64,000 nt of DNA from Thermoanaerobaculia bacterium (GTDB lineage: Bacteria; Acidobacteriota; Thermoanaerobaculia; Gp7-AA8), in NCBI GenBank assembly GCA_963719365.1, contig OY970380.1, forward strand, positions 3,506,144-3,570,143, written 5' to 3'. This document shows, piece by piece, positions 46,664 to 55,865 of this stretch. How positions within the stretch are numbered: the first letter of the stretch is position 1; every line of letters begins with the position of its first letter. The notes under the pieces are model-generated. The model searched no databases. It had not been told where the DNA came from and was given only the letters and a program-made list of their open reading frames with translations. The translations under genes were made by a program, and so were the position numbers.

Positions 46664-48162
46664 AACCTCATCACATCAAACTGCTCGTGATGCAGCGAGT
46701 CGTCAGGCTTGAAGACGAGGTGAATGCCGAGGTTGCGCTCGATCTCTTCGAAGATGGGATCGTTCGTGTTGTGAACCGACCCGTAGACGACCGGATTGAG
46801 CCGCACGATCACGTCCTGGCCTTCGTGCAGGTCGCGGAGTTTCATCAGCTCGCGCCAGATCTCGAACGCGATCGTCGTGTTCGATTTGATCCTGCCGCTG
46901 CCGCCGCAGTACGGACAGGCCTGCGTCAGCGAACGCTCCAGGCTCTGACGCACTCGCTTCCGCGTCATTTCGATCAAGCCGAACTCGGAGATCTGCAGGA
47001 TCTTCGTCTTCGAACGGTCCTTGCGAATCTCGATCTCGAGCGCTTCGAACAAGCGCGTGCGATTGGCTAGATCCTCCATGTCGATGAAGTCGAGCACGAT
47101 GATTCCGCCGAGGTCGCGCAGGCGGATCTGGCGGACGATCTCGCGCGCTGCCTCGAGATTCGTTTTGAAGACGGTCTCCTCGAGATTTTTCTTGCCGACG
47201 TATTTCCCCGTGTTCACATCAATCGCCACCAGCGCCTCGGTCTGATTGATTACGATGTAGCCGCCCGACTTGAGCCACACCTTCGATTTCAGCGCCTTCG
47301 CGATCTCCGCTTCGATGCTGAAGTCGTCGAAGATCGGCTCCTCGCGGCGATAAAGACGGACGCGCGAAACGAGGTTGGGCTGGATCTGATCGAGGAACTC
47401 GACGATGCGCTGGTATTGATCGACCGAGTCGATCCAGACGCTCTTGAACTCAGGCGAGAGAACGTCGCGGATCGTGCGCAGAACGAGATCGAGATCGTGA
47501 TGAATCGCCGTCGGCGCCGACGCTTTCTCACCCCTCCGCCGGATCTGTTCCCAAAGGTCGGTGAGGTATTTGAGGTCTGCGCGAAACTCGTCTTCTTCGC
47601 GCTCTTCGCCCGCGGTTCGGACGATGAAGCCGCCCGAACCGGGCGGTCGAATGCGATCGAGAATCTCCTTCAGCCGCGCGCGCTCCGCCTCGTTTTCGAT
47701 GCGCCGCGAGACGCCGATGTGGTTGACCGTCGGCATGTAGACGAGAAAGCGTCCCGGCAGCGTGATGTGGCTGGTGATGCGCGCGCCCTTGCCGGCGATC
47801 GTGTCTTTCGACACCTGCACGACGATCTCCTGCCCTTCGCGCAGCAAATCCGCAATCGACGCCTCGGCGCGCTGCTGCGGAACGTCATCGAGCGTCAGAT
47901 CATCGGTTGGATCGCTGTTGTCGAACTCTTCGAGATCCTCGATGACGTCGGAAACGTAGAGAAACGCATCGCGCTCGAGCCCGAGGTCGACGAAGGCCGA
48001 CTGCATGCCGGGTAGGACCTTGGTGACGCGGCCTTTGTAGATGTTGCCAACGATGGTTCGATGCCGCGTCCGCTCAACCCACAGCTCGACGACCTGCCCC
48101 TCGTCGAGCACAGCGATGCGCGACTCGTGCTTCGCGGCGTTGATGACGATCTCGCGTGACAT
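46660..48162 (-). CDS. rng: ribonuclease G/E family endoribonuclease
   Basis: N-terminal S1 domain (GNIYKGRVTKVLPGMQSAFVDLG), DNase I-like region, Zn-link CPYCGGSG. The 500-aa length fits RNase G. Confidence 0.8.
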   Translation of the reverse strand: MSREIVINAAKHESRIAVLDEGQVVELWVERTRHRTIVGNIYKGRVTKVLPGMQSAFVDLGLERDAFLYVSDVIEDLEEFDNSDPTDDLTLDDVPQQRAEASIADLLREGQEIVVQVSKDTIAGKGARITSHITLPGRFLVYMPTVNHIGVSRRIENEAERARLKEILDRIRPPGSGGFIVRTAGEEREEDEFRADLKYLTDLWEQIRRRGEKASAPTAIHHDLDLVLRTIRDVLSPEFKSVWIDSVDQYQRIVEFLDQIQPNLVSRVRLYRREEPIFDDFSIEAEIAKALKSKVWLKSGGYIVINQTEALVAIDVNTGKYVGKKNLEETVFKTNLEAAREIVRQIRLRDLGGIIVLDFIDMEDLANRTRLFEALEIEIRKDRSKTKILQISEFGLIEMTRKRVRQSLERSLTQACPYCGGSGRIKSNTTIAFEIWRELMKLRDLHEGQDVIVRLNPVVYGSVHNTNDPIFEEIERNLGIHLVFKPDDSLHHEQFDVMRF

Positions 48163-48212
48163 GGTTCTGATGCGCAGTCTATCCTGACCGTCACGATAGA
48201 CTCGCGAGAACG

Positions 48213-48665
48213 ATGCTCACCCTTTACTTCGCCGGAGCGATCAGCGGCGGCCGCGACGACGTCGCGTTCTATCGCGAGATCATCGCCGCGCTCGAAGCGG
48301 ACGGTCACCGCGTCCTGGCCGGTGCCGTCGCCGCCGAGGACGTTACTGCCTCGGGCGAGACGCTCGACTCCCGCGCGATCTTCGACCGCGACCTCGGCTG
48401 GATCGGGGAGTGCGACATCCTCGTCGCCGAGGTTTCGAAGCCGTCGACCGGCGTGGGATACGAGATCGCCACGGCTCGATACCAGCGCGGCATCCCGGTC
48501 ATTTGTCTCTACCGTCCCGCTCACACATCGCGATGCACGGCCATGGTCTCCGGCGACCGTGTCATCGACCTGATCGAGTACACAGATCTTCCCGATTTGC
48601 TGCCGCGTCTCTCGGCCACGCTCGCGAAATACACCGCCGCCCGCCCCGGTTTGCCCCCACGTTGA
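48213..48665 (+). CDS. DNPH1/Rcl-like 2'-deoxynucleoside 5'-phosphate N-hydrolase (nucleoside 2-deoxyribosyltransferase fold)
   Basis: YFAGAISGGRDD...DILVAEVSKPSTGVGYEIATA closely parallels the DNPH1 pattern (YFCGSIRGGRED...VVAEVTQPSLGVGYELG). Confidence 0.7.
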   Translation: MLTLYFAGAISGGRDDVAFYREIIAALEADGHRVLAGAVAAEDVTASGETLDSRAIFDRDLGWIGECDILVAEVSKPSTGVGYEIATARYQRGIPVICLYRPAHTSRCTAMVSGDRVIDLIEYTDLPDLLPRLSATLAKYTAARPGLPPR

Positions 48666-48713
48666 CGGCGTGGCCGCCCTTTGCTATCGTCCGCCGCCCG
48701 CCGCGCCAAGTGT

Positions 48714-48789
48714 TCCGGCATAGCTCAGTTGGTAGAGCAACGGACTGTTAATCCGTGGGTCGTAGGTTCGAGTCCTACTGCCGGAGCCA
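48714..48789 (+). tRNA. tRNA-Asn (anticodon GTT)
   Basis: Cloverleaf folds by hand: acceptor TCCGGCA/TGCCGGA, D arm GCTC-AGTTGGTA-GAGC, anticodon arm ACGGA-CTGTTAA-TCCGT, T arm GTAGG-TTCGAGT-CCTAC, discriminator G and encoded CCA. Confidence 0.9.
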
Positions 48790-49003
48790 ATCTTTACTTT
48801 CGCCGTGAGTTTTCGGTGACTCCTCCGCCTGGTTTGCCGCCACGTGTGACTGCGGTTATCACGGGAGAGGCTTTCGAAGCCTGCCTCAGCGCGGAACGAA
48901 ATGGTGTCGGAAGCCGTCCAACCGACGACCGCACGCATTCCGGAATCTCGCCTCGTGCTACCATCGCTGGTCGGTCCTAATAATTATTCGTTCTGGAGAT
49001 TTC

Positions 49004-52000
49004 ATGCACCTCGCTCATCGGTTGCGCGTTCTCGCGTTGACGGCAGTTTCGGCGTTTGTAGCTACTTCGATCTTCGCGGCGGATCCGTGGGATGCGCCCG
49101 CGTTTTCGTCGGATCCGAAAGAGCTTGTCGCGGCGGCTGAGAAGGTCTCGTCGGGCGGCGTTGGGTTCGTCGTTCTCCTCGACGAAGCGAGCTACTCGTT
49201 CGAGGCGAACGGCAAGGCGCATACGACGCAGCGTCACATTTATCGCATCGTCGACGAGTTGGCGATCGATGAGTTGGGCACGCTCGAAGTTCCGTGGGCG
49301 CCCTGGTACTACGACCGGCCGACGGTCGCGGCGCGCATCGTCTCGAAGGACGGCACGGTGCATACACTCGACTCCAAGGCGATCATGGAGTCACCGGCGC
49401 GCGAGGACCTCGACATCTTCAGCGACAACCGCGTGTTGCGCGCGCCGCTGCCGGGCGTCGCCGTCGGCTCTGTCATCGAGTACGTCATCGAGTTCAACGG
49501 CAACAATCCGATTCAGGAAGCCGGCGCATCTGACATCGTCGTTTTCGGCGGGTATGCGCCGACGCAGCGGACGCGCGTGACGATCGACGGTCCCACGTCG
49601 ATTCAGCCGCGCATCGTCAACAAGACCGACGTGCAAGCGAAGATCGAGGAAAAAGACGGCCGCCGCATCATGACGTTCGAAACGGGACGCATCGAAGGCC
49701 GCAAGGACTTCGAGAACTTTCTCCCCTTCGACGAGATCTCGTTGCCGTACATCGCCTTCTCGACCGGCTCGTCGTGGGGAACCCTGGCCAAGCGTTACAG
49801 CGAGATCGTCGACAAGCAGATGGCCGGCGACGACCTCAAGAAATTCACGCACGATGCGATTGGCAACGCCACGGCGCGGCGTGAAGTGATCGCACGAGCG
49901 CTGGCGGCAGTCGAGAAAAACGTTCGTTACGCAGGCGTTGAAGTCGGCGAGTCCTCGATCATCCCGCGTCCGCCGCACACAGTCCTCGGCAACAAGTACG
50001 GCGACTGCAAAGACAAAGCGACGCTGCTCGTGGCCATGTTGCGTCAGGCCGGAATCGTTGCGCATGTTGCGCTGCTTCGCGCCGGTGGCGACTTCGATGT
50101 CCACCCCGATCTTCCCGGGCTCGGGCGCTTCAACCACGCCATCGTTCGCGTCGACGCGACGGGCAGCGAGCCGGCGATGTGGGTCGATCCGACCGACGAC
50201 TTCGCGCACGCGGGCGACCTGCCGGCGCAGGATCAGGGACGGCTTGCACTCGTCGCCTCAACCGACACGTCGTCACTCACGAAGACTCCCGAAACGCCGT
50301 CGGCTGAGAACCGCTATTCGGAAACGCGGACGTACACGTTGCCGGAAGACGGCAAAGCGCACGTCACCGAGGTCACGGAGACCGTCAGTGGTCCCGAGGA
50401 CTCGTTCCAGCGCCACTTCTACGCAGAGAGCGACCGCACGAAGTACAAAGAGCAGATCGAGTCGTACGTCAAGACCTACTACTCGGCGAAGAAACTGGAG
50501 AAGGTCGAAGCGACCGATCCGCACGATCTCACCAAACCATTTCGCGTCACCATCGAGGCCTCGGACGCAGACACCGGCGTCGCACGCGACGGCGATGCCG
50601 CGGTCGCGTTCCATCCCGCGAATCTCGTCAACTGGCTGCCGTTTCCGCTGCGCAACTTCGGCGACGATCACGCCGAAGAGGCGCGCAGGAAGCGAGTGGG
50701 CGACTTCATTTTTCCCGCCGCGGAAGTGCGCGAGTGGACGTATCAAATCGTTCCGCCGGCCGGCTACAACGCGCGGACCCTTCCGCCGAACGAGACGATC
50801 AAAATCGGTACGACGACGCTGACCAAAGAGTTCGCATCGAAGCCCGACGGAGCCGTCACCGCGGTCCTTCGTTTCGACAGCGGCAAGCGACGGATCAGCG
50901 CGGCGGAGTTCGAAGAAACGCGTGCGGCACTGAAGAAGATCGTCGAAGGTAAACCGACGATCATCGGATTCGATCTCGCAGGTCAGGCCAAGCTGAACGC
51001 AGGCGACGTCGCTGGCGCGCTGACCGAGTTCCGCAAACTGGCGGCGCTGCATCCGAAGGAAGCGCAGCACCACATGGAGATCGCCCGTGCGCTACTCGTC
51101 GGCGGACTTGGCGATGCGGCGCGTGAAGAAATCGCCCGCGCCGTCGCGCTCGAGCCTGCGAATGCGCACGTCCAGGCCGGACTGGCGGGCATCCTCGAGT
51201 ACGACCTCCTCGGGCGCCTGATGCGCAAAGGCTTCGACCTCGACGGTTCGATCGCAGCGCTGCGCAAAGCAAAGGAGCTCGATCCGAAGAACGCTGAATA
51301 TCGCGGCGCGCTGGCCAAGGTGCTCACGTTCAACAGCGAAGGAACGGAGTACGGACCCGGCGCGAAAGTCGATGAAGCGATCGCCGAATATCGCGCCATC
51401 AAGAAGGACATCGGCGAGAAAGAAGCGAAGCAGTTCGACGGCGATCTGATGCTCGCGCTCGCGCATGCCGGACGGTTTGCGGAGATGAAGGATCTCGCTG
51501 CAAGCGTGCAGGATACGCAGCTTCGCGAAACGGGACGCATCGCCGCGATTGCCGCGGTGGACGGCGCCGCACCCGCGTTGCACGAGCTCGGTGCGTTCGA
51601 TGCGAACACGCGCCGCACCTACGCGCAGGCGATCGCGCAGACGCTGCTCAATCTCCGGCTTTATCCGCAAGCGACGGAGATGTTCGACGCCGCCACGCAG
51701 GGCGCTCCTAACGCGTCGAGCGCGCGGCCGTTCATCGAGCAGTTGAAGAAAACAAAGCGCATCGAAGAAATCCCGATCGACGAAAAAGAGCCGGGCTCCG
51801 TCGTGCAGAAGATGATCATCGCGATGACGCACGACGACATCACAGGACTGAAAAAGCTTTTTGCATTCGACCTGAAACTCGACGATGAGGACGAAGACGA
51901 TCTTCAGCGTTCCATGCGCTCGATCACGTTCGGCACTGGAATGGCGCCCGCCGTCGTCGGCGACGTCTCGTTCGCCGCGCTGCGAATCCAGACTGACGGC

Positions 52001-53071
52001 GACGAGAAGACCGGCTACCGCCTACGCATCCGCGGCGAGAACGGCATGTCGATTCCGACGCTCTTCGTCGTTCGAAAGAACGGCGGCTTCTTGATCCGCG
52101 CCAGCCGCGCCATGTCCGACACAATCGGTGCCGCGGTCCTCGCCCTTGCCGATGACGGTCAATTGGACGCCGCGCGCACGTGGCTCAATTGGCTGCGCGA
52201 AGATGTGCCCGCGGGCGGCGGCGATGATCCGCTGTCCGGAGCGCCGTTCGCGTCGCTCTGGCCGAAAGACAACACCGCCGCGAACGCTGACGAGATCCGT
52301 ATCGCCGCCGCGTCGACCATGGGTCACAAAGGTACCGACAAGAGCGTCCCCATCCTTCTGGCAGCGCGCGAGAAAGCGACGAACGACAAGACCAAAACGT
52401 GGATCGACCTCGCGCTCTCGTACTCGTACGCAAACAAGAAAGAATGGAAGAACGTCGTTCCCATCACCGAGCGTCTTCGCGCGGCCTATCCCGATTCGGA
52501 GAGCGCGTTCACATCGAACGTCTACGCGTTGTCGCTGAGCGGTCGGACTGCGGATGCCGAGGCGCTGGCGAAGAGCCGTCTGGCCAAGAAGCCGAAGGAC
52601 GATGAGCTTCTGCGCGCGCTGTCGACCAACGCCGCCCAGGCAAAGGACTATGCCTCCGCCGCGAAGTACGCGGAGCAAATCGTCGACGAGCTTTCGCCGA
52701 CGCAGAACGATTACAACAACGCCGCCTGGTTCGAGCTGTTCGTCGGCAACGTCACACACGCGATGGAAAACGCGCGCCGCGCAACCGCCGAGGAGTCGCA
52801 GACGTCGCCCGCGGCACTGCACACGCTGGCGACGTTGTATGCGGAGACCGGCAAGAACATCGAAGCGCGCGATGCATTGCTGCGCACGCTCGACAAGAGC
52901 CGCCGCGATACCCCCGACAGCAGCGACTGGTACGTCCTCGGCCGCATGGCCGAGAACTACGGCGTACGCGAAGCAGCGCTGGCAGCGTACAAACGCGTGG
53001 ATAAGAAAGAAGCCGACGGCGCGTCCGTCTGGGAGCTCGCGCAACGGCGGCTGACGGCGATGGCGAAGTAG
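49004..53071 (+). CDS. very large secreted protein: N-terminal DUF3857/transglutaminase-like cysteine-protease core plus C-terminal TPR repeats
   Basis: Signal peptide (LRVLALTAVSAFVATSIFA). Transglutaminase core Cys motif NKYGDCKDKATLLVAMLRQAGI. TPR-like helical repeats in the C-terminal half. Product is 1355 aa. Confidence 0.65.
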   Translation: MHLAHRLRVLALTAVSAFVATSIFAADPWDAPAFSSDPKELVAAAEKVSSGGVGFVVLLDEASYSFEANGKAHTTQRHIYRIVDELAIDELGTLEVPWAPWYYDRPTVAARIVSKDGTVHTLDSKAIMESPAREDLDIFSDNRVLRAPLPGVAVGSVIEYVIEFNGNNPIQEAGASDIVVFGGYAPTQRTRVTIDGPTSIQPRIVNKTDVQAKIEEKDGRRIMTFETGRIEGRKDFENFLPFDEISLPYIAFSTGSSWGTLAKRYSEIVDKQMAGDDLKKFTHDAIGNATARREVIARALAAVEKNVRYAGVEVGESSIIPRPPHTVLGNKYGDCKDKATLLVAMLRQAGIVAHVALLRAGGDFDVHPDLPGLGRFNHAIVRVDATGSEPAMWVDPTDDFAHAGDLPAQDQGRLALVASTDTSSLTKTPETPSAENRYSETRTYTLPEDGKAHVTEVTETVSGPEDSFQRHFYAESDRTKYKEQIESYVKTYYSAKKLEKVEATDPHDLTKPFRVTIEASDADTGVARDGDAAVAFHPANLVNWLPFPLRNFGDDHAEEARRKRVGDFIFPAAEVREWTYQIVPPAGYNARTLPPNETIKIGTTTLTKEFASKPDGAVTAVLRFDSGKRRISAAEFEETRAALKKIVEGKPTIIGFDLAGQAKLNAGDVAGALTEFRKLAALHPKEAQHHMEIARALLVGGLGDAAREEIARAVALEPANAHVQAGLAGILEYDLLGRLMRKGFDLDGSIAALRKAKELDPKNAEYRGALAKVLTFNSEGTEYGPGAKVDEAIAEYRAIKKDIGEKEAKQFDGDLMLALAHAGRFAEMKDLAASVQDTQLRETGRIAAIAAVDGAAPALHELGAFDANTRRTYAQAIAQTLLNLRLYPQATEMFDAATQGAPNASSARPFIEQLKKTKRIEEIPIDEKEPGSVVQKMIIAMTHDDITGLKKLFAFDLKLDDEDEDDLQRSMRSITFGTGMAPAVVGDVSFAALRIQTDGDEKTGYRLRIRGENGMSIPTLFVVRKNGGFLIRASRAMSDTIGAAVLALADDGQLDAARTWLNWLREDVPAGGGDDPLSGAPFASLWPKDNTAANADEIRIAAASTMGHKGTDKSVPILLAAREKATNDKTKTWIDLALSYSYANKKEWKNVVPITERLRAAYPDSESAFTSNVYALSLSGRTADAEALAKSRLAKKPKDDELLRALSTNAAQAKDYASAAKYAEQIVDELSPTQNDYNNAAWFELFVGNVTHAMENARRATAEESQTSPAALHTLATLYAETGKNIEARDALLRTLDKSRRDTPDSSDWYVLGRMAENYGVREAALAAYKRVDKKEADGASVWELAQRRLTAMAK

Positions 53072-53082
53072 ACGTTTTCGAG

Positions 53083-53125
53083 CGGAGGCGCGCAGATGCG
53101 GAGTAGGTTTTCTCTGCGCCCTCCG
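53083..53125 (+). terminator. GC-rich hairpin just after the large secreted-protein gene (weak terminator candidate)
   Basis: CGGAGGCGCGCAGA pairs with TCTGCGCCCTCCG, stem about 13 bp, with no clear U-tract. Confidence 0.25.
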
Positions 53126-53171
53126 CGTCTCCGCGTGAAACGGTTCTAACGTTATTCTGTCGCGCCCACCC

Positions 53172-53870
53172 ATGTTTCCCACAACGCGACGCAGTGTGAT
53201 CGTTGCCCTCGCCAGCGACGACGATGAGCAGCGCCGCCGTGCTTTCGACACGTTCGTCGCCATCTACTGGAAGACGCTCTACAAATATCTGCGCGTCACC
53301 GATCGCCGCAACGAAACAGACGCCGAGGATCTGACGCAGGCGTTCCTGGCGAAGTGCTTCGAGAGCGGATCGCTCGCAAATTACGACGCGACGAAAGCGT
53401 CGTTCCGGACGTTTCTGAGAGTGCTCTTCGATCGTTTCGCCGCGAACGAATTCAAAGCATCGCAACGGCAGAAGCGTGGCGGCGGAGCGATTCCGCTCGA
53501 TTTCGAAAACGCGGAACAGGAGATCGCGCGCGAGCACGATCGCGGCGGATCGCCCGAAGACTACTTTCAGCGAGAGTGGGTGCGCAGCGTCTTCGCGCTC
53601 GCGGTCGAGCGGCTGCGCGACGAATGCGCCGGCGCCGGCAGGCAGACGCATTTCGCGATCTTCGAAGCCTACGATCTCGATGAGACATCGCGCTTGTCCT
53701 ATCGAGAAACCGGCGATCGCTTCGGCCTCAGCGAGTCGATGGTGACGAACTGGCTCGCGGCAACGCGCCATCGTTTCCGTGCGATCGTGCTCGACGTGCT
53801 TCGCGAAGCAACCGCCTCGGACGCCGAGTACCGCAACGAAGTGCGCGCACTTCTCGGAGTCGATGCATGA
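53172..53870 (+). CDS. ECF-type RNA polymerase sigma factor
   Basis: Region 2-like DAEDLTQAFLAKCF and region 4 HTH SYRETGDRFGLSESMVTNWLAATRHRF. Confidence 0.65.
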   Translation: MFPTTRRSVIVALASDDDEQRRRAFDTFVAIYWKTLYKYLRVTDRRNETDAEDLTQAFLAKCFESGSLANYDATKASFRTFLRVLFDRFAANEFKASQRQKRGGGAIPLDFENAEQEIAREHDRGGSPEDYFQREWVRSVFALAVERLRDECAGAGRQTHFAIFEAYDLDETSRLSYRETGDRFGLSESMVTNWLAATRHRFRAIVLDVLREATASDAEYRNEVRALLGVDA

Positions 53871-54751
53871 CCTGGCTTTCGGACAACGCCGTCGCGCATC
53901 TCCGCGCGGTTGCCGAGCAGCCTGATTTCAGCGCCACGCGCTACCGTATCGAGCGCGAGCTGGCTCGCGGCGGAATGGGCGTCGTCTACGAAGCGGAAGA
54001 CACGGAGCTGCATCGCCGCGTCGCCATCAAAGTCCTCGCCAGCGAGCTCGCCTCGGCTGACTCTGTCGAACGCATGCGCGCCGAGGCGCGGACGATCGCG
54101 CGGCTGGAACACCCAGGCATCGTGCCGCTCCACGACCTCGGCATCCTTCCCGACGGCCGCATCTGGTACGCGATGAAGCTCGTGCGCGGACGGAGACTCG
54201 ATGAGCTGGACGCGCAGCCGCTCGAGTTGCTGCGCGTTTTCCAGCGCATCTGTGAAAGCGTCGCCTTCGCGCACGCAAATGGCGTCGTCCACTGCGACCT
54301 CAAGCCCGAGAACGTAATGCTCGGCGACTTCGGCGAAGTGCTGGTGATGGATTGGGGAGTCGCGCGCGAGATCGGCAGCGCCGCGGGAGTCATCGCCGGA
54401 ACGCGAGGCTTCATGGCGCCGGAACAGGAGAACGGAATCGCAATCGATGCCGCAGCCGACGTTTTCGCCCTCGGCGCGATGTTGCGCGCGTTGCTCCCCG
54501 TAAAGTTGCCGAAGCCGCTGTCTGCGATCTGCGCGAAGGCGACGGCTCCAAATCCGCGCGATCGGTACCCGTCGGCGCGCGATCTCGCAGCCGACGTGAC
54601 GCTCTGGCTCGACAACAAGCCGGTCAGCGCGTATCGCGAGAACGTCATCGAGCGAATCAACCGCTGGCTCATCCGCAACCGCGCCCTCGTCATGATCGTC
54701 GCCGCCTATCTTCTGATGCGCGTCATCATCGTGATCTGGTTTGGACGATGA
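53867..54751 (+). CDS. Hanks-type serine/threonine protein kinase with C-terminal TM anchor
   Basis: VAIK lysine, HCDLKPEN catalytic loop, DWG (DFG-equivalent), APE, and a C-terminal hydrophobic helix (LVMIVAAYLLMRVIIVIWF). ATGA overlap with the sigma factor gene. Confidence 0.85.
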   Translation: MTWLSDNAVAHLRAVAEQPDFSATRYRIERELARGGMGVVYEAEDTELHRRVAIKVLASELASADSVERMRAEARTIARLEHPGIVPLHDLGILPDGRIWYAMKLVRGRRLDELDAQPLELLRVFQRICESVAFAHANGVVHCDLKPENVMLGDFGEVLVMDWGVAREIGSAAGVIAGTRGFMAPEQENGIAIDAAADVFALGAMLRALLPVKLPKPLSAICAKATAPNPRDRYPSARDLAADVTLWLDNKPVSAYRENVIERINRWLIRNRALVMIVAAYLLMRVIIVIWFGR

Positions 54752-54808
54752 CGTACGTTAAAGGATTTTCGGAAGACGTTGAATAGACTCACTGGAGGAA
54801 CAAACGAC

Positions 54809-55666
54809 ATGAACAAAATCCTGGTAGGACTTCTCCTCGGCGCCGGATTGGGCGCGATCGACGGCCTGACGGCGTGGTTCACACCTGCGGTGCGCGCGGA
54901 CATCATCGGCATCGTCATCGGCTCGACGTTCAAAGGGATGATCGCCGGTATGGCCGCCGGATGGTTTGCGCGCAAAGTGAAATCCGTCGCCTGGGGTATC
55001 GCCTTCGGTCTGCTCGTCGGCGCGCTGCTCGCGTACGGCGTCGCCGCGATGCAGCACGGCTACTACTTCGAGATCATGTTGCCAGGATCGATCGTCGGCG
55101 CCATCGTCGGCTGGGCCACCCAGCGATACGGACGTCCCGTTGGCGGCAGCGCAACGGCGTCAACACTCGCGGCGATGTTCGTCGTGTTCATCACCGTCAA
55201 CGCCCACGCCGCCGAGCCGGTGAAAGCCGCCGATGCCTTCGCGCATCTGAAGTTGCTGGCGGGAACGTGGAACGGACACGCGATGACGCCGGACGGTCCG
55301 GCCACGAGCGTCAGTTACCGGCTCACCGCCGGTGGCACGACAGTGATGGAGACGCTTTTCGGCGGCACACCGCACGAGATGCTCACGCTCTACACGCTCA
55401 ACGGCAACGACGTCGTAGCCACACATTTCTGCGGCGCGGACAATCAGCCGGTGATGAAACTCGACAAGTCGAAGTCGTCGCCGGACCGCCTCGTCTTCTC
55501 CTTCGTCAGCGTCGATGGCGAGCACGCCAAAGACCATCCGCACGTTCACGACGGCTTCATCCACTTCGCCGGCGACGATCAGATCGACGCATCGTGGGCC
55601 ATGCAAAATCCCGACGGCGCCGCGTTCGAGCACAGCCCGAAGTTCTTCTTGACGAGGGCGAAGTAG
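54809..55666 (+). CDS. membrane protein: five Gly-rich TM helices plus a C-terminal extracytoplasmic beta-rich domain
   Basis: GGAGGA RBS 7 nt before the ATG at 54809. N-terminal 120 aa are hydrophobic (GAGLGAIDG, GIVIGSTFKGMIAGMAAGWF). The C-terminal 165 aa are soluble (LAGTWNGHAMTPDG...). An internal ATG at 55175 followed by a signal-peptide-like segment leaves open a two-protein reading. Confidence 0.45.
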   Translation: MNKILVGLLLGAGLGAIDGLTAWFTPAVRADIIGIVIGSTFKGMIAGMAAGWFARKVKSVAWGIAFGLLVGALLAYGVAAMQHGYYFEIMLPGSIVGAIVGWATQRYGRPVGGSATASTLAAMFVVFITVNAHAAEPVKAADAFAHLKLLAGTWNGHAMTPDGPATSVSYRLTAGGTTVMETLFGGTPHEMLTLYTLNGNDVVATHFCGADNQPVMKLDKSKSSPDRLVFSFVSVDGEHAKDHPHVHDGFIHFAGDDQIDASWAMQNPDGAAFEHSPKFFLTRAK

Positions 55667-55724
55667 TCAATCCCCAGATCCATGAAGGCCCTTCTTAGCT
55701 CGCCTGAATCTACCAGGCGTGGAA

Positions 55725-55812
55725 GGGGTCAGACCGAAAGTGAAAGTGACGAAAGATGGCATTGGCCGGAAGCGCAGACAATTTTCGTCACTTTCACTTT
55801 CGGTCTGACCCC
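55725..55812. repeat. perfect 30-bp inverted repeat (GGGGTCAGACCGAAAGTGAAAGTGACGAAA / TTTCGTCACTTTCACTTTCGGTCTGACCCC) with a 28-nt loop
   Basis: Read directly from the sequence. The arms at 55725-55754 and 55783-55812 are exact reverse complements. No U-tract follows. Confidence 0.7.
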
Positions 55813-55865
55813 TCCAGCCAAAGTAATCCATGGGTACAAAACTACAACCGTACTAGCATTGCGGC

